This document shows, one piece after another, positions 47,332-56,530 of a DNA stretch of 64,000 nucleotides. The stretch is from an uncultured Bacteroidales bacterium (GTDB lineage Bacteria > Bacteroidota > Bacteroidia > Bacteroidales > UBA932). The stretch is taken from positions 5,132-69,131 of the forward strand of contig CAMYVB010000008.1 in the NCBI GenBank assembly GCA_947302175.1. Direction: 5' to 3'. The notes beneath the pieces were generated by a model. It worked only from the letters and a program-made list of their open reading frames with translations. It had not been told where the DNA came from and searched no databases. Positions within the stretch are counted from its first letter, which is position 1. Each line of letters starts with the position of its first letter. Made by a program: the position numbers and the translations under genes.

Positions 47332-48190
47332 ATTCAAATCCTTTTCTTCCGGCAGCTGCGGCAACCTGTATTTGCTCTCAATCGAGGAAGACGGTGCCAT
47401 TCAGGATTCCATAATAATAGATGCCGGCGTAAGCCTGAGGACCTTCAAAAAAGAGCTTGCCGCGGAAAAGATCCCGCTCGACTCGGTCCGGGCCATACTC
47501 GTGACCCACGACCACATGGACCACATTCGCAGCCTTGGTTCCTACTGCAAGTATCTGAAACTCCCCGTATGGGCCACTGAAGAGCTTCTGACGGCCATGA
47601 TGCACCATACCTATACCCTGGATCATCTGGGCGCTGTGAAGCGGCCCCTGAAAAGGGATGAGTGGAACGTGATAGTCCCCGGGTCTTTCGAGGCCCGCTA
47701 CTTTATCGTGCCTCACGACGCCACCCAGACTGTCGGCTACGGCATAAAGGCCGGTCCCCTTCGTTTTGTCATAATGACGGATGTTGGGGCGATGACAAGC
47801 GAAGCGCTCGCATTCGCCTCGCATGCCGAAGTCGTTGTCGTAGAGTCCAACTACGACCGGGAAATGCTGATGAACGGCCCTTATACGCGCGACTTAAAGC
47901 TAAGGATTTCGCAGGGGAGCGGGCATCTTTCCAACGACGAGTGCGCCGAGTCCATTGCCATGTTCTACCACGAGGAGCTCACTCACGTGTTCCTTTGCCA
48001 CCTGAGCGAGAACAACAACACTCCCGAGCTTGCCGTAAAAGCAACGTCCGACGCCCTTGCGGGCATCGGACTGCTTCCTTCGTATCCGAAATCTTCGGTA
48101 TTTTGCTCTGAGACGGGCAGGTCTCTAATCATGCAGCCACTTCCTCGCCGCACTCCTTCCCGCCTCTTTACCCTCAAGGAAGAGGAGTAA
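47318..48190 (+). CDS. MBL-fold metallo-hydrolase (YycJ/WalJ-like)
   Basis: SGSCGN, IDAG, THDHMDH, PHDA, ESNYD, GHLSN and HLSENNN motifs. Confidence 0.88.
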   Translation: MRAVKFKSFSSGSCGNLYLLSIEEDGAIQDSIIIDAGVSLRTFKKELAAEKIPLDSVRAILVTHDHMDHIRSLGSYCKYLKLPVWATEELLTAMMHHTYTLDHLGAVKRPLKRDEWNVIVPGSFEARYFIVPHDATQTVGYGIKAGPLRFVIMTDVGAMTSEALAFASHAEVVVVESNYDREMLMNGPYTRDLKLRISQGSGHLSNDECAESIAMFYHEELTHVFLCHLSENNNTPELAVKATSDALAGIGLLPSYPKSSVFCSETGRSLIMQPLPRRTPSRLFTLKEEE

Positions 48191-48193
48191 AGC

Positions 48194-49051
48194 TTATTTT
48201 GCGAGTTTGAACTCTTCATCGCCGAGAATCTCGCGGGCGAGGAGAGGCTCGTTGGTGGTGAGCTGGTCAACACCCATGTGGATAAGGGAATGCATGTTGT
48301 GCTCCTTGTCCACGGTCCAGACGTTGGCGCTCATACCGAGCTCGTGGCACTTCTTGATGTAGTCAGGGAAGCTGAAGAATACTCCCTGATGGTAGTCAAT
48401 GCCGTTGATGCCTTCGTTCTTGAGAATCTGGGGAGCGAAATCGCCGTTGAGATATTGGTTGACGAACTCAGGAGCGTCGGCTGCAACCCTCTGGCAGAGA
48501 TAGTGGCTGAATGAAATGAAGGCCACGCGGTTGGGGTTGTAGAGATTGTGGGCCTTAAGGGCCTGGACGGTCTTTTCCCAAAGCAGGTCTTCCCTTTCCT
48601 TGTTCTTCTGGGGCTTGAGCTCCACGATGAGCATGGTGGTGGCGCACTTCTCGCCCTGGGTGAGATACTCGTCGAGGGTGGCGGGGTGCTCGCCGTTCTT
48701 GTGGGTCATTGCGGCGAAGACGCTGTAGGGATTGTCGGCGATCTTGACGCCCTGGATGTCGGCGTTGTGGTTTACGATGACGACGTCGTCGCTGGTGAGG
48801 TGGATGTCGAACTCACTGCCCCAGAAACCGTTGTCCTGAGCGGCCTTGAGGGAGGCGATGGTGTTCTCCATGTATCCTGCAGCTTCGCATTTCCAGAAGC
48901 CGCGGTGGGCTACGATGCCCACTTTGCCGTTCTGGTTAATCTTGGGGAAGGATGTGGCGCTGCCGGGAGTGATTTTCTTGCCGGCGCCGCAGCTTGCGAG
49001 CATGAGCGCTGCCATGCCTATTACTGCTGCGATAGTGATTGCTCTTTTCAT
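48194..49051 (-). CDS. Glycerophosphodiester phosphodiesterase-family lipoprotein
   Basis: LASC lipobox; AHRG, ENT, EFDIH, ELK and WTVD motifs. Confidence 0.88.
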   Translation of the reverse strand: MKRAITIAAVIGMAALMLASCGAGKKITPGSATSFPKINQNGKVGIVAHRGFWKCEAAGYMENTIASLKAAQDNGFWGSEFDIHLTSDDVVIVNHNADIQGVKIADNPYSVFAAMTHKNGEHPATLDEYLTQGEKCATTMLIVELKPQKNKEREDLLWEKTVQALKAHNLYNPNRVAFISFSHYLCQRVAADAPEFVNQYLNGDFAPQILKNEGINGIDYHQGVFFSFPDYIKKCHELGMSANVWTVDKEHNMHSLIHMGVDQLTTNEPLLAREILGDEEFKLAK

Positions 49052-49064
49052 GATGGCGTTTTGG

Positions 49065-50399
49065 TTATTGTTGTATGCGTTTCAGTATTTCTGCGGTCTT
49101 CTCCTCATAGCCGGGCTTGTTCAGAAGGGCGAACATGTTCTTTTTGTAGGCTTCGACGCCGGGCTGGTTGAAGGGGTTGACGCCGAGGACGTAGGCGCTG
49201 ATGCCGCATGCGAATTCGAAGAAGTAGAAAATGGCGCCGAGGTTCTCCTCGTCTATCTTTTCTATGCTAAGGGACAGCTGGGGGACGCCGCCGTCGATGT
49301 GGGCGAGGCGGGTGCCGAGGGTGGCCATGGCGTTGCAGTGACCGACGGTCTGACCTGCCAGGAAGTTGAGCTGGTCGAGGTTGTCGGGGTCGGTGCCAAT
49401 GGTGAGGGTCCTGTGGCTCTTTTCAACGCTCACGACGGTCTCGAACATGATGCGGCTGCCTTCCTGGATGAACTGGCCCATGGAGTGGAGGTCGGCGGTG
49501 TCGGCGACGGAGGCGGGATAGATGCCCTTGCCGTCCTTGCCTTCGGACTCGCCGTAGAGCTGCTTCCACCATTCTGCGAGGTAGGTGAGCTTGGGCTCGT
49601 ATGTGACGAGGATTTCGACGGCCTTGCCGCCCTCGCTGTGGAGCAGGTTGCGCATCGCGGCGTACTGGATGGCGGGGTTGGAGACGCTCTTTTCGAGAAG
49701 GGCCTTCTTCTGGGCTGCTGCACCGCGCAGCATGGCACGGATGTCGAATCCTGCGACTGCTATGGGCACGAGACCCACGGGGGTGAGGACGCTGAAGCGG
49801 CCGCCCACGTCGTCGGGAACGACGAAGGTGGCGTAGCCTTCCCTGTCGGCGAGGGTCTTCAGGGCGCCGCGGCTCTTGTCGGTGACGGCGACTATGCGCT
49901 GTGCGGCCTCGGCCTTGCCGTAAGTCTTCTCAAGGAAGTCCTTGAAGATGCGGAAGGCGACGGCGGGCTCAGTGGTGGTGCCGGACTTGGAAATGACTAC
50001 GACGGCGGTGCTGCGCATCTTTGCAAGGTCGAGGAGCTCGCTGAGATAGTCCTCGGACAGTCCGTTGCCTGCGAAAACCACCTGGGGAACACCCTGGGGA
50101 CGGACGAAAGCGTGGCTGAGGGCTTCGATAGCGCATTTTGCGCCGAGGTAGGAGCCACCGATGCCGATAACGACCACGAGCTCTACGCCCTTTGCCTTCC
50201 AGTCGTCACGAACCTTTTCGCACGCTGAAACGAGGCTTTCGGGAGTCTCGTCGGGAAGGGTCTTCCAGCCGAGGAAATCGTTGCCCTCGCCGTTACCGGC
50301 CATGAGAGTGTCGAAAGCTGCGAGAGCTTTCTGCTGATAAGCCTGGAGGGCCTCCTGACGGATGAAACCCTTGCAAGCTTCGAGATTGATTTTTACCAT
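49065..50399 (-). CDS. pgi: Glucose-6-phosphate isomerase
   Basis: GIGGSYLG, SKSGTTTE, VGGRFSV, QLYGESEGK, DLHSMGQ and FNQPGVEAYK motifs. Confidence 0.96.
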   Translation of the reverse strand: MVKINLEACKGFIRQEALQAYQQKALAAFDTLMAGNGEGNDFLGWKTLPDETPESLVSACEKVRDDWKAKGVELVVVIGIGGSYLGAKCAIEALSHAFVRPQGVPQVVFAGNGLSEDYLSELLDLAKMRSTAVVVISKSGTTTEPAVAFRIFKDFLEKTYGKAEAAQRIVAVTDKSRGALKTLADREGYATFVVPDDVGGRFSVLTPVGLVPIAVAGFDIRAMLRGAAAQKKALLEKSVSNPAIQYAAMRNLLHSEGGKAVEILVTYEPKLTYLAEWWKQLYGESEGKDGKGIYPASVADTADLHSMGQFIQEGSRIMFETVVSVEKSHRTLTIGTDPDNLDQLNFLAGQTVGHCNAMATLGTRLAHIDGGVPQLSLSIEKIDEENLGAIFYFFEFACGISAYVLGVNPFNQPGVEAYKKNMFALLNKPGYEEKTAEILKRIQQ

Positions 50400-50453
50400 A
50401 TCGATTTTATTTGTGTTGTTGCTTGGAACTGCGATTACAAAGATAGCTTAAAA

Positions 50454-52013
50454 TCAGAAACCGCGGCCGAACCTGAGCCAGTATTTCTCCTCGAGGCCCT
50501 TCCATTCGAATGCGGCCTGGTTGTAACAGCCGAGGGTGTAAGCGTTGAGCTCTGCGGGGGTGGCGTCAGCTCCGGGGAGGTCTTTGATGAATGAGTCTTC
50601 GACCCTGAGGAGGGTCTTCCTGAACTCTTTTTTAGTGCCTTCCCAGCCCAGGGTGGCGAGCTTGTTGGCGCGGCGGAAGGTCCAGACGAAGCAGTCGGGA
50701 TCGTAGTTGTTCTGGCCGCAGAAGTTCATTGCCGGAGGGAGGGCGGTGTTGCCGGAGAAGATGGGGATGTGGGGGCTCTGCCCGGGGTTGTCTACCGCCA
50801 GCCAGCATATGCCGCCCACGGCGTCGGGGAGGTAGTTGCGCAGCTGGATGACAGTTGAGTATGCGCACCAGGCCACGGATACGGTCCTTCTGAAGGTCAC
50901 GGTGCCGGGGGCGATGGTGTTGAGGGTGTTCATCATGGTCGTCGTTATCCAGGGATTGGCGACGGGGCTCTTTTTGATGACTTCGGTCGTGTCGTTCTTG
51001 GCCTTGCTTTTGAGCATGATGTTTTGGGTCATGTCGAAGTCGGTGCCCTCATAGGTGGAGCGCAGGAGCTCCATTATGTCGCTGACGGACTGCTGCTTTT
51101 CGGGCTTGACGCTGAAGGGCATCTCGTCGTCCTCGTATTTGAGGCCGAGCGAGGGGGCCAGGGTGCTGAGTATGAACCACTCCCTTTCGCGGAAGTTCTT
51201 GCCGGCTCCGTATGCGGCGTGGTAGGCCTTGTAGAATTTGAATTCGCCCTGTCCGTCCCAGAGGCCGTGCTCGATGGCCACCTGCTCCACGTTGTCGGAG
51301 GCGAGGAAGTTGGCCTTGTCGGCGCGGTCGATTACGCCTATGCGGGGTATGTTGGCCGAGACTGCGATTTCGCCGTCGGGGACTTTCCGGGCGGCCCAGG
51401 CTGCGCCAATCTGCTTTTTGCCGGCGCCCACTATTTCGAAGAACCAGACTTCGTTCTTGTCGGCCACGGTGAGGCACTCGCCGCCGTCGGCGTAGCCGTA
51501 TTTTTCGGCGAGGGAACCCATCAGGAGCACGGCGTCACGAGCGTTGTCGCACCTCTGTAGGGCGATGCGGCACAGCTCCTCGACCATGAACATGCCCTTG
51601 GAGTTACGAAGGGTGTCGGGGCCGCTGAAGGTCGTTTCGCCGATGGCCACCTGCTTTTCGTTGAGGCTCGGGTAGGCGGTGTTGAGGTAGGCGTAGGTGT
51701 GCGCCGCTTCAGGTATCTGTCCGCAATATGTAAGGCCTGTCGTGTCGCCGGGGAAGGCGGTCTTGCGTGTGCCTTTCCATACCTTGTGCATGGTGCCTGG
51801 ACGGTGGTCGGCGGCTTTTTCCATGGTAGCCCAGGTGCGAGACTTGCCGTCGCAGGTGTGCGAGGTGACGACGCTTCCGTCGGTAGTGGCAAGGCGTCCG
51901 GCGGCTATGCTGGTGCAGTCGAGGCCTTCTTCTTCGGGGAAATCCTGGGCGAATGATGCCAGGGGGAGACTAAGGAGCAGCAGGATTGCAGCTGTGCTGA
52001 AGGGTCTTTTCAT
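50454..52013 (-). CDS. C69-family dipeptidase (Ntn hydrolase)
   Basis: Signal peptide; CTSI nucleophile, ATTDGS, NEKQVAIGETT and GECL.VAD motifs. Confidence 0.85.
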   Translation of the reverse strand: MKRPFSTAAILLLLSLPLASFAQDFPEEEGLDCTSIAAGRLATTDGSVVTSHTCDGKSRTWATMEKAADHRPGTMHKVWKGTRKTAFPGDTTGLTYCGQIPEAAHTYAYLNTAYPSLNEKQVAIGETTFSGPDTLRNSKGMFMVEELCRIALQRCDNARDAVLLMGSLAEKYGYADGGECLTVADKNEVWFFEIVGAGKKQIGAAWAARKVPDGEIAVSANIPRIGVIDRADKANFLASDNVEQVAIEHGLWDGQGEFKFYKAYHAAYGAGKNFREREWFILSTLAPSLGLKYEDDEMPFSVKPEKQQSVSDIMELLRSTYEGTDFDMTQNIMLKSKAKNDTTEVIKKSPVANPWITTTMMNTLNTIAPGTVTFRRTVSVAWCAYSTVIQLRNYLPDAVGGICWLAVDNPGQSPHIPIFSGNTALPPAMNFCGQNNYDPDCFVWTFRRANKLATLGWEGTKKEFRKTLLRVEDSFIKDLPGADATPAELNAYTLGCYNQAAFEWKGLEEKYWLRFGRGF

Positions 52014-52067
52014 ATTCTATGGTGTTCAATCATACAAATATCGCAAAATTTAGTAATTTTACACACC

Positions 52068-53216
52068 ATGAAAAGACTCTCTCTGCTACTTATTTCGCTC
52101 GCGCTTTTTTGTGGCGCGCATCCCGCGCGCTTTGCGGCCGAGCCTTCCTTCCGGCGCACGGTTTCCACCCTGACCTGCCTCGATTCGTGCGGGTTCTACA
52201 GTATGGATTATCTTTCGGACTACAAGCTTGGCGACTTTGTCTCGGCCGGTCTGGATTCGAAGGAGAAGGTGATGATGGCGGTGGCGGAGAAGTTGATGGA
52301 TTTTTCCTCGGGGGAGGTGGATCCTTCCACGCTTTTCCCTGCGGGGGCCATGCAGGCTGCGTGCTCCGCTTTCAGGGCTTTCACGCCTGATGGTAAGGTG
52401 CTGTATTGCAGGAATTTCGATTTCCCTTTCCCCGACGCGGCTTCGCTGATGATACGCACTTCGCCTCGCGGGGGCCTTGCTTCGCTGGGTATTGCCTCGA
52501 TGGGTCACGTCGGGCTTACGGGCTCGGCGATGGGAGTGGCGGATTCAGACATGTCGCTGCTTGTAGCTTCGCCCTACTGCGTTATGGACGGGATGAACAG
52601 GAAGGGCTTCGCCATTTCTGTGCTGGCTCTGGACTTTAAAGACTGCGCGAGGCAGTACGATGCTGATAAGCCGTCGGTTATGACGACGGTGCTGATGCGC
52701 ATGCTGCTGGACAAGTGTTCAACTGTCGAGGAGGCGCTATGGATGATGGATTCGGTGAACTTTTTTGCCGACGGGCTTCAGAAGGGCTCTCGCGTGAAGA
52801 CTAATTACCATTTCCTGCTCGCCGATGCTTCGGGGAAGGCGGTGGTGGTTGAATATGTGCTTGAGGACGGTCCGGGGGGCAAGGGAGAGTGGGTTAAGAG
52901 CGTTGTGGATTTGCCTTATGCGACTAATTTTTTCCTGAGCCCGGGATGGGAAGGTCTTGAGAAGAAAGATGCGCGGTTCCTTCGCATTTCGCAGGCTTTT
53001 GACTCAGATAGGGCGGTGATGGGGGAGGATGAGGCCTTTGAACTGCTTGCAGCTGTGGCTCAGAATGATACGCGGCCCTTAAGGAGCAGGACCCTTTGGT
53101 CGGTTGTGTACAACCTGACGGACAGGACTGCGGCTGTGCTTCCTGCAGGCGGGTCAGGGCAGGTCTTGCGCTTTTCCCTTAAGGGGCGCAGGTCTTTTAC
53201 TCGCCCTCAGAGATGA
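52068..53216 (+). CDS. Linear amide C-N hydrolase (choloylglycine hydrolase/C59-like Ntn hydrolase)
   Basis: Signal peptide; ACSAF, CRNFD, DGMNRKG, YHFLLAD and TLWSVVYN motifs. Confidence 0.82.
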   Translation: MKRLSLLLISLALFCGAHPARFAAEPSFRRTVSTLTCLDSCGFYSMDYLSDYKLGDFVSAGLDSKEKVMMAVAEKLMDFSSGEVDPSTLFPAGAMQAACSAFRAFTPDGKVLYCRNFDFPFPDAASLMIRTSPRGGLASLGIASMGHVGLTGSAMGVADSDMSLLVASPYCVMDGMNRKGFAISVLALDFKDCARQYDADKPSVMTTVLMRMLLDKCSTVEEALWMMDSVNFFADGLQKGSRVKTNYHFLLADASGKAVVVEYVLEDGPGGKGEWVKSVVDLPYATNFFLSPGWEGLEKKDARFLRISQAFDSDRAVMGEDEAFELLAAVAQNDTRPLRSRTLWSVVYNLTDRTAAVLPAGGSGQVLRFSLKGRRSFTRPQR

Positions 53217-53292
53217 ATTCGAGTCCGAGGTCGTCGATAAGTGCTGAGATTTCTGCGAAATTCTCTATCATTGCAATTGCTTCCTTTGACAT
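53197..53292 (-). CDS. Putative 31-aa acidic small protein MSKEAIAMIENFAEISALIDDLGLEFISEGE
   Basis: Read by hand; A-rich leader AATCAAAACGAACAAGCT before ATG; TACCTTTG element at 53318-53325 on the minus strand. Confidence 0.5.
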   Translation of the reverse strand: MSKEAIAMIENFAEISALIDDLGLEFISEGE

Positions 53293-53364
53293 AGCTTGTT
53301 CGTTTTGATTACAGGTGCAAAGGTAGACCCCAAAAGTGTCAACTTTTGTCAGTTTTGAAAAAAG

Positions 53365-54678
53365 ATGAAATTATTTAGCGAAAATTTGGTAAAAGAGGCG
53401 TGCGTCGCCAATGACGTTCGCGATCTTTCCAGGGCGACGATAGGAGAAGTGCTCCTGGTGGCCCAGTATCTTGAGCAGAAGACGGGTATTCCTTTCATCC
53501 GTATGGATCAGGGCTCTCCGGGGCTGCCGGTCAACCGCTTTGGCGTTGAGGCTGAGAAGAGGGCTCTCGACAGGGGAGTGGGCTCTCAGTACCCTCCCGC
53601 CGCCGGTGTTCCCGAGCTCAAGGCGGCCGCGTCGCGTTTTGTCAAGGCTTTCATCGACGTGGACATTGCTCCCGCGGGCTGCGTGCCCACGACCGGCTCC
53701 GTCGCTGCCTCGTTCGGCTCGTTTATCGCTTGCACCACGCGCATTCCTGGCAAGGACAAGGTCTTGTTCATTGACCCCGGCTTCCCCATCCAGAAGGCGC
53801 AGCTGCGGGTGCTGGGTATAGGTTGGTATGCATTTGACGTATTTTCGCACCGCGGGGCTGAGGCTTTGGAGAAAAAGATGCGCGAAATGCTGTCAGCGGG
53901 GGATGTTGCCGCCATTATTTATTCCAACCCCAACAATCCCGCCTGGACCTGCCTTGAAGAGGAGGAGCTTGCGGTCATAGGTAAGCTCGCAACCGAGTTT
54001 GATGTGGTGGTGATGGAGGATCTGGCGTATTTCTGCATGGACTATCGCAAAGACCTGGGGCACCCGTTCGTCCCGCCCTACCTTCCCACCGTCGCCCGTT
54101 ATACCGGCAATTATATCCTGATGCTTTCGGCGTCGAAGATTTATAGCTACGCAGGGCAGAGGATTGCGCTTTGCTGCATCAGTGATTCGCTTTATTCAAA
54201 GGTGTATCCCGCTCTTGCTGAGCGCTTCGGCGATGCCGGAGTTTTCGGTGTGAGCCTTACGGCTTCCATTTTATATATGATAACGAGCGGTTGCACTGCT
54301 TCGACGCAGTACGGCTACGCCGAGATGCTTGAGCTTTCGTGCGACGGGAAGATTGATTTCATCGAGGACACTCGCGAGTACGAAAGGCGGGCCGCCCGCA
54401 TGAAGGAGATTTTCTGTCGCCACGGTTTCAGGGTTGTTTATGACCGCGATGTCACTGCGCCTGTCGGGGACGGCTTTTTCTTCACTCTCGGTTATGGTTC
54501 GCTTACGGGAGACGAACTCGTGCCCGAGCTTATGTACTACGGTGTTTCGAGCATTTCGCTTTCGACCACCGGCAGCCGCTGCGAAGGCGTCCGCGCCTGC
54601 GTGAGCCGCATGCGCGACGAGCTCTACGACGAGCTCGACGCCCGCATGGCCGCCTTCGCTGCCGATCATCCCCGGTAA
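53365..54678 (+). CDS. PLP-dependent aminotransferase class I/II
   Basis: YSNPNNP, EDLAY and SASK...AGQR motifs. Confidence 0.9.
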   Translation: MKLFSENLVKEACVANDVRDLSRATIGEVLLVAQYLEQKTGIPFIRMDQGSPGLPVNRFGVEAEKRALDRGVGSQYPPAAGVPELKAAASRFVKAFIDVDIAPAGCVPTTGSVAASFGSFIACTTRIPGKDKVLFIDPGFPIQKAQLRVLGIGWYAFDVFSHRGAEALEKKMREMLSAGDVAAIIYSNPNNPAWTCLEEEELAVIGKLATEFDVVVMEDLAYFCMDYRKDLGHPFVPPYLPTVARYTGNYILMLSASKIYSYAGQRIALCCISDSLYSKVYPALAERFGDAGVFGVSLTASILYMITSGCTASTQYGYAEMLELSCDGKIDFIEDTREYERRAARMKEIFCRHGFRVVYDRDVTAPVGDGFFFTLGYGSLTGDELVPELMYYGVSSISLSTTGSRCEGVRACVSRMRDELYDELDARMAAFAADHPR

Positions 54679-54700
54679 TCCGCTAAGGCCTCAGCACAAT

Positions 54701-54733
54701 ACAAACGCGGCAGCCTAGATTGGGGCTGCCGCT
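54701..54733. repeat. Hairpin/terminator, copy 1 of a ~32-bp direct repeat flanking the TA module
   Basis: ACAAACGCGGCAGCCTAGATTGGGGCTGCCGCT. Confidence 0.8.
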
Positions 54734-54765
54734 ATTATCATGTTATACATGTTATATCTGTATAG

Positions 54766-55038
54766 CTATTTCTGGTAATGCCCCTTCATGGAGAAGATAT
54801 AGACAAGCACGGTGTCTCCTTCTACAGAGTAGATAATACGGTCGGTCTTGTTGATGCGGCGTGACCACTTGCCGGCAAGGCTGTGCTTGAGGGGCTCCGG
54901 CTTCCCGATTCCGGAGTAGGGGTGCTCTGCAATGTCACGCAAGATTTCTTTTATCTTTTCGACCGTCTTTTCATCGGTCTTTTTCCACTCGTCGAAGTCT
55001 TTCCGGGCACGGGGAAGGAATGCAATTCTATAGCTCAT
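54766..55038 (-). CDS. yoeB: Txe/YoeB-family toxin
   Basis: GIGKPEPLKH.LAGKWSRRIN..DRIIY; start overlaps the antitoxin 3' end. Confidence 0.92.
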   Translation of the reverse strand: MSYRIAFLPRARKDFDEWKKTDEKTVEKIKEILRDIAEHPYSGIGKPEPLKHSLAGKWSRRINKTDRIIYSVEGDTVLVYIFSMKGHYQK

Positions 55039-55282
55039 CGATGTCCACAACTTCATAGTTTCCCTTCTTCACATCTTCGTCACCTTGACGGATGGCCTCC
55101 ACCAGATCCGGCTGGGACATGATGTAAGCCGTCTCCATCATGGATTCATACTCTTCCAGGGACATGATGACCACGGCAGAGCCTCCGCCACGATTTACTA
55201 TGACGTTGTCGGAATCCTTGACAACCCTGTCAAGGTAGTCCTTCAAATTTGACCTCAGGTCAGTATAAGTAGCTGCAATCAC
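55028..55282 (-). CDS. yefM: Phd/YefM-family antitoxin (GTG start)
   Basis: TYTDLRSNLKDYLDRV...VIMSLEEYESMMET; TATCTTTG element at 55311-55318. Confidence 0.9.
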   Translation of the reverse strand: MIAATYTDLRSNLKDYLDRVVKDSDNVIVNRGGGSAVVIMSLEEYESMMETAYIMSQPDLVEAIRQGDEDVKKGNYEVVDIDEL

Positions 55283-55355
55283 AAAGCAATAAGTACTTAA
55301 ATACGTACTGCAAAGATAATGCTTAATAATGAAAATGCAATACCCTGGTTGATTA

Positions 55356-55387
55356 ACAAAAGCGGCAGCCTCGATTGGGCTGCCGCT
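55356..55387 (-). terminator. tRNA-Val terminator hairpin, copy 2 of the direct repeat
   Basis: ACAAAAGCGGCAGCCTCGATTGGGCTGCCGCT; on the minus strand the stem is followed by TTTTGTT. Confidence 0.8.
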
Positions 55388-55392
55388 TTGCG

Positions 55393-55467
55393 TGGGACTT
55401 AGCAGATTCGAACTGCTGACCTCTTGCGTGTGAAGCAAGCGCTCTAAACCGACTGAGCTAAAGTCCC
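55393..55467 (-). tRNA. tRNA-Val(CAC)
   Basis: GGGACTT acceptor stem, AGCTCAGTCGG D-arm, CTTGC-ttCACac-GCAAG anticodon arm, GTTCGAATC T-loop; TACCTTTG element at 55479-55486. Confidence 0.93.
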
Positions 55468-55525
55468 GATTGGGAGTGCAAAGGTAGCAATAAATCTTAA
55501 AGCGCCAAACTCCGCAGGCGAAAAA

Positions 55526-56458
55526 TTAATTGCTTCGCAGGCTAACGTCCACGTGGGGGAAGGCGAAGCTCATTCCTGCCTTGGGTAGGGCGGTGTAGAT
55601 TTTCTCTGTCGTGTCGAACTTTACGCCCCAGTAGTCGGGCGTCTTGACCCAGACCCTGAGGAGGAATTCGACGTTGGAGTCGTTCATTGCAAAGAGGGCG
55701 GCGTAGGGGTCAGAGGCTCCAGGCGTTTCGGCGCTGAGTATGCGTTCGTCTGCGGAGGCGATTTCCAGAAGGGCTGCCTTGCACTTTTCGGCGTCTGTGC
55801 CGTATTCTACGGTAATATTGAAGTCGAGGCGGCGCAGGGGGTTTTTGTTGAAATTGTCTATAGTGCCGCTCGAAAGAGACCCGTTGGGGATGATGATTAC
55901 TTTGTTGTCGGTGGTCGTGAGGGTGGTCGAGACCATCGAGACGGCCGTCACGACGCCTTCGTAGCCGTTGAAGCGAATGAAGTCTCCTGCCTTGAAGGGC
56001 TTGAATATCAGGAGGATGACACCTCCGGCGAAATTCTGCATCGCGCCGCTGAGGGCCATACCTATGGCGACGGATCCGCCGGCGAGCAGGGCCGCCAGGG
56101 ACGAAGTATTGACTCCCAGGGTGCTGATCGATATGGTAATGAGAAGGATTATCGACAGCGCTGAGGTAATCGACAGGGTGAAGGATATAACGGTGGGGTC
56201 CGCTCCGCGGCGGGTCATGTTGCGCTTGATCAGTTTCTTGATCTTGCCTATGAGCCACATACCGACGAAGTAAATGAGAAGGGCGGCAAGTACTTTGAGG
56301 CCGAACTGTATGGCCTGCTCGCCAAGGCTGCTGAGGGCAGCGTGGGGGTCGGTCCTGAACTCTTCGACAAACATTTTTTTCGCGACTTCGATAGAGTCTT
56401 GTACCTTGGCCAGTTCTGCGGGATCGGGGGTAGGAATAGTTTGGAGCGGTAAAATCAT
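55526..56458 (-). CDS. mscS: Small-conductance mechanosensitive channel
   Basis: NFAGGV..LIFKPFKAGD, IIIPNG and FAFP motifs; promoter element at 56480-56487 favours the 56458 start. Confidence 0.9.
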   Translation of the reverse strand: MILPLQTIPTPDPAELAKVQDSIEVAKKMFVEEFRTDPHAALSSLGEQAIQFGLKVLAALLIYFVGMWLIGKIKKLIKRNMTRRGADPTVISFTLSITSALSIILLITISISTLGVNTSSLAALLAGGSVAIGMALSGAMQNFAGGVILLIFKPFKAGDFIRFNGYEGVVTAVSMVSTTLTTTDNKVIIIPNGSLSSGTIDNFNKNPLRRLDFNITVEYGTDAEKCKAALLEIASADERILSAETPGASDPYAALFAMNDSNVEFLLRVWVKTPDYWGVKFDTTEKIYTALPKAGMSFAFPHVDVSLRSN

Positions 56459-56530
56459 ATCCGACGTTTTTAGTATAGGCAAAGATATGCTAAATAATTC
56501 TTATTTTTGCTCCCCAAAACACTAAATGAT

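Noticed and set aside
54677-54693. AATCCGCTAAGGCCTCA resembling the tRNA-Val 3' end (possible att half-site)
   Set aside because: Short, several mismatches, and in inverted rather than direct orientation; likely chance
54739-54756. CATGTTATA tandem duplication
   Set aside because: Only two 9-bp units in an AT-rich spacer; no supportable function
55283-55438. N-terminal extension of the antitoxin ORF in the ORF track
   Set aside because: Runs through tRNA-Val and its terminator; YefM similarity and the promoter element indicate a GTG start at 55282
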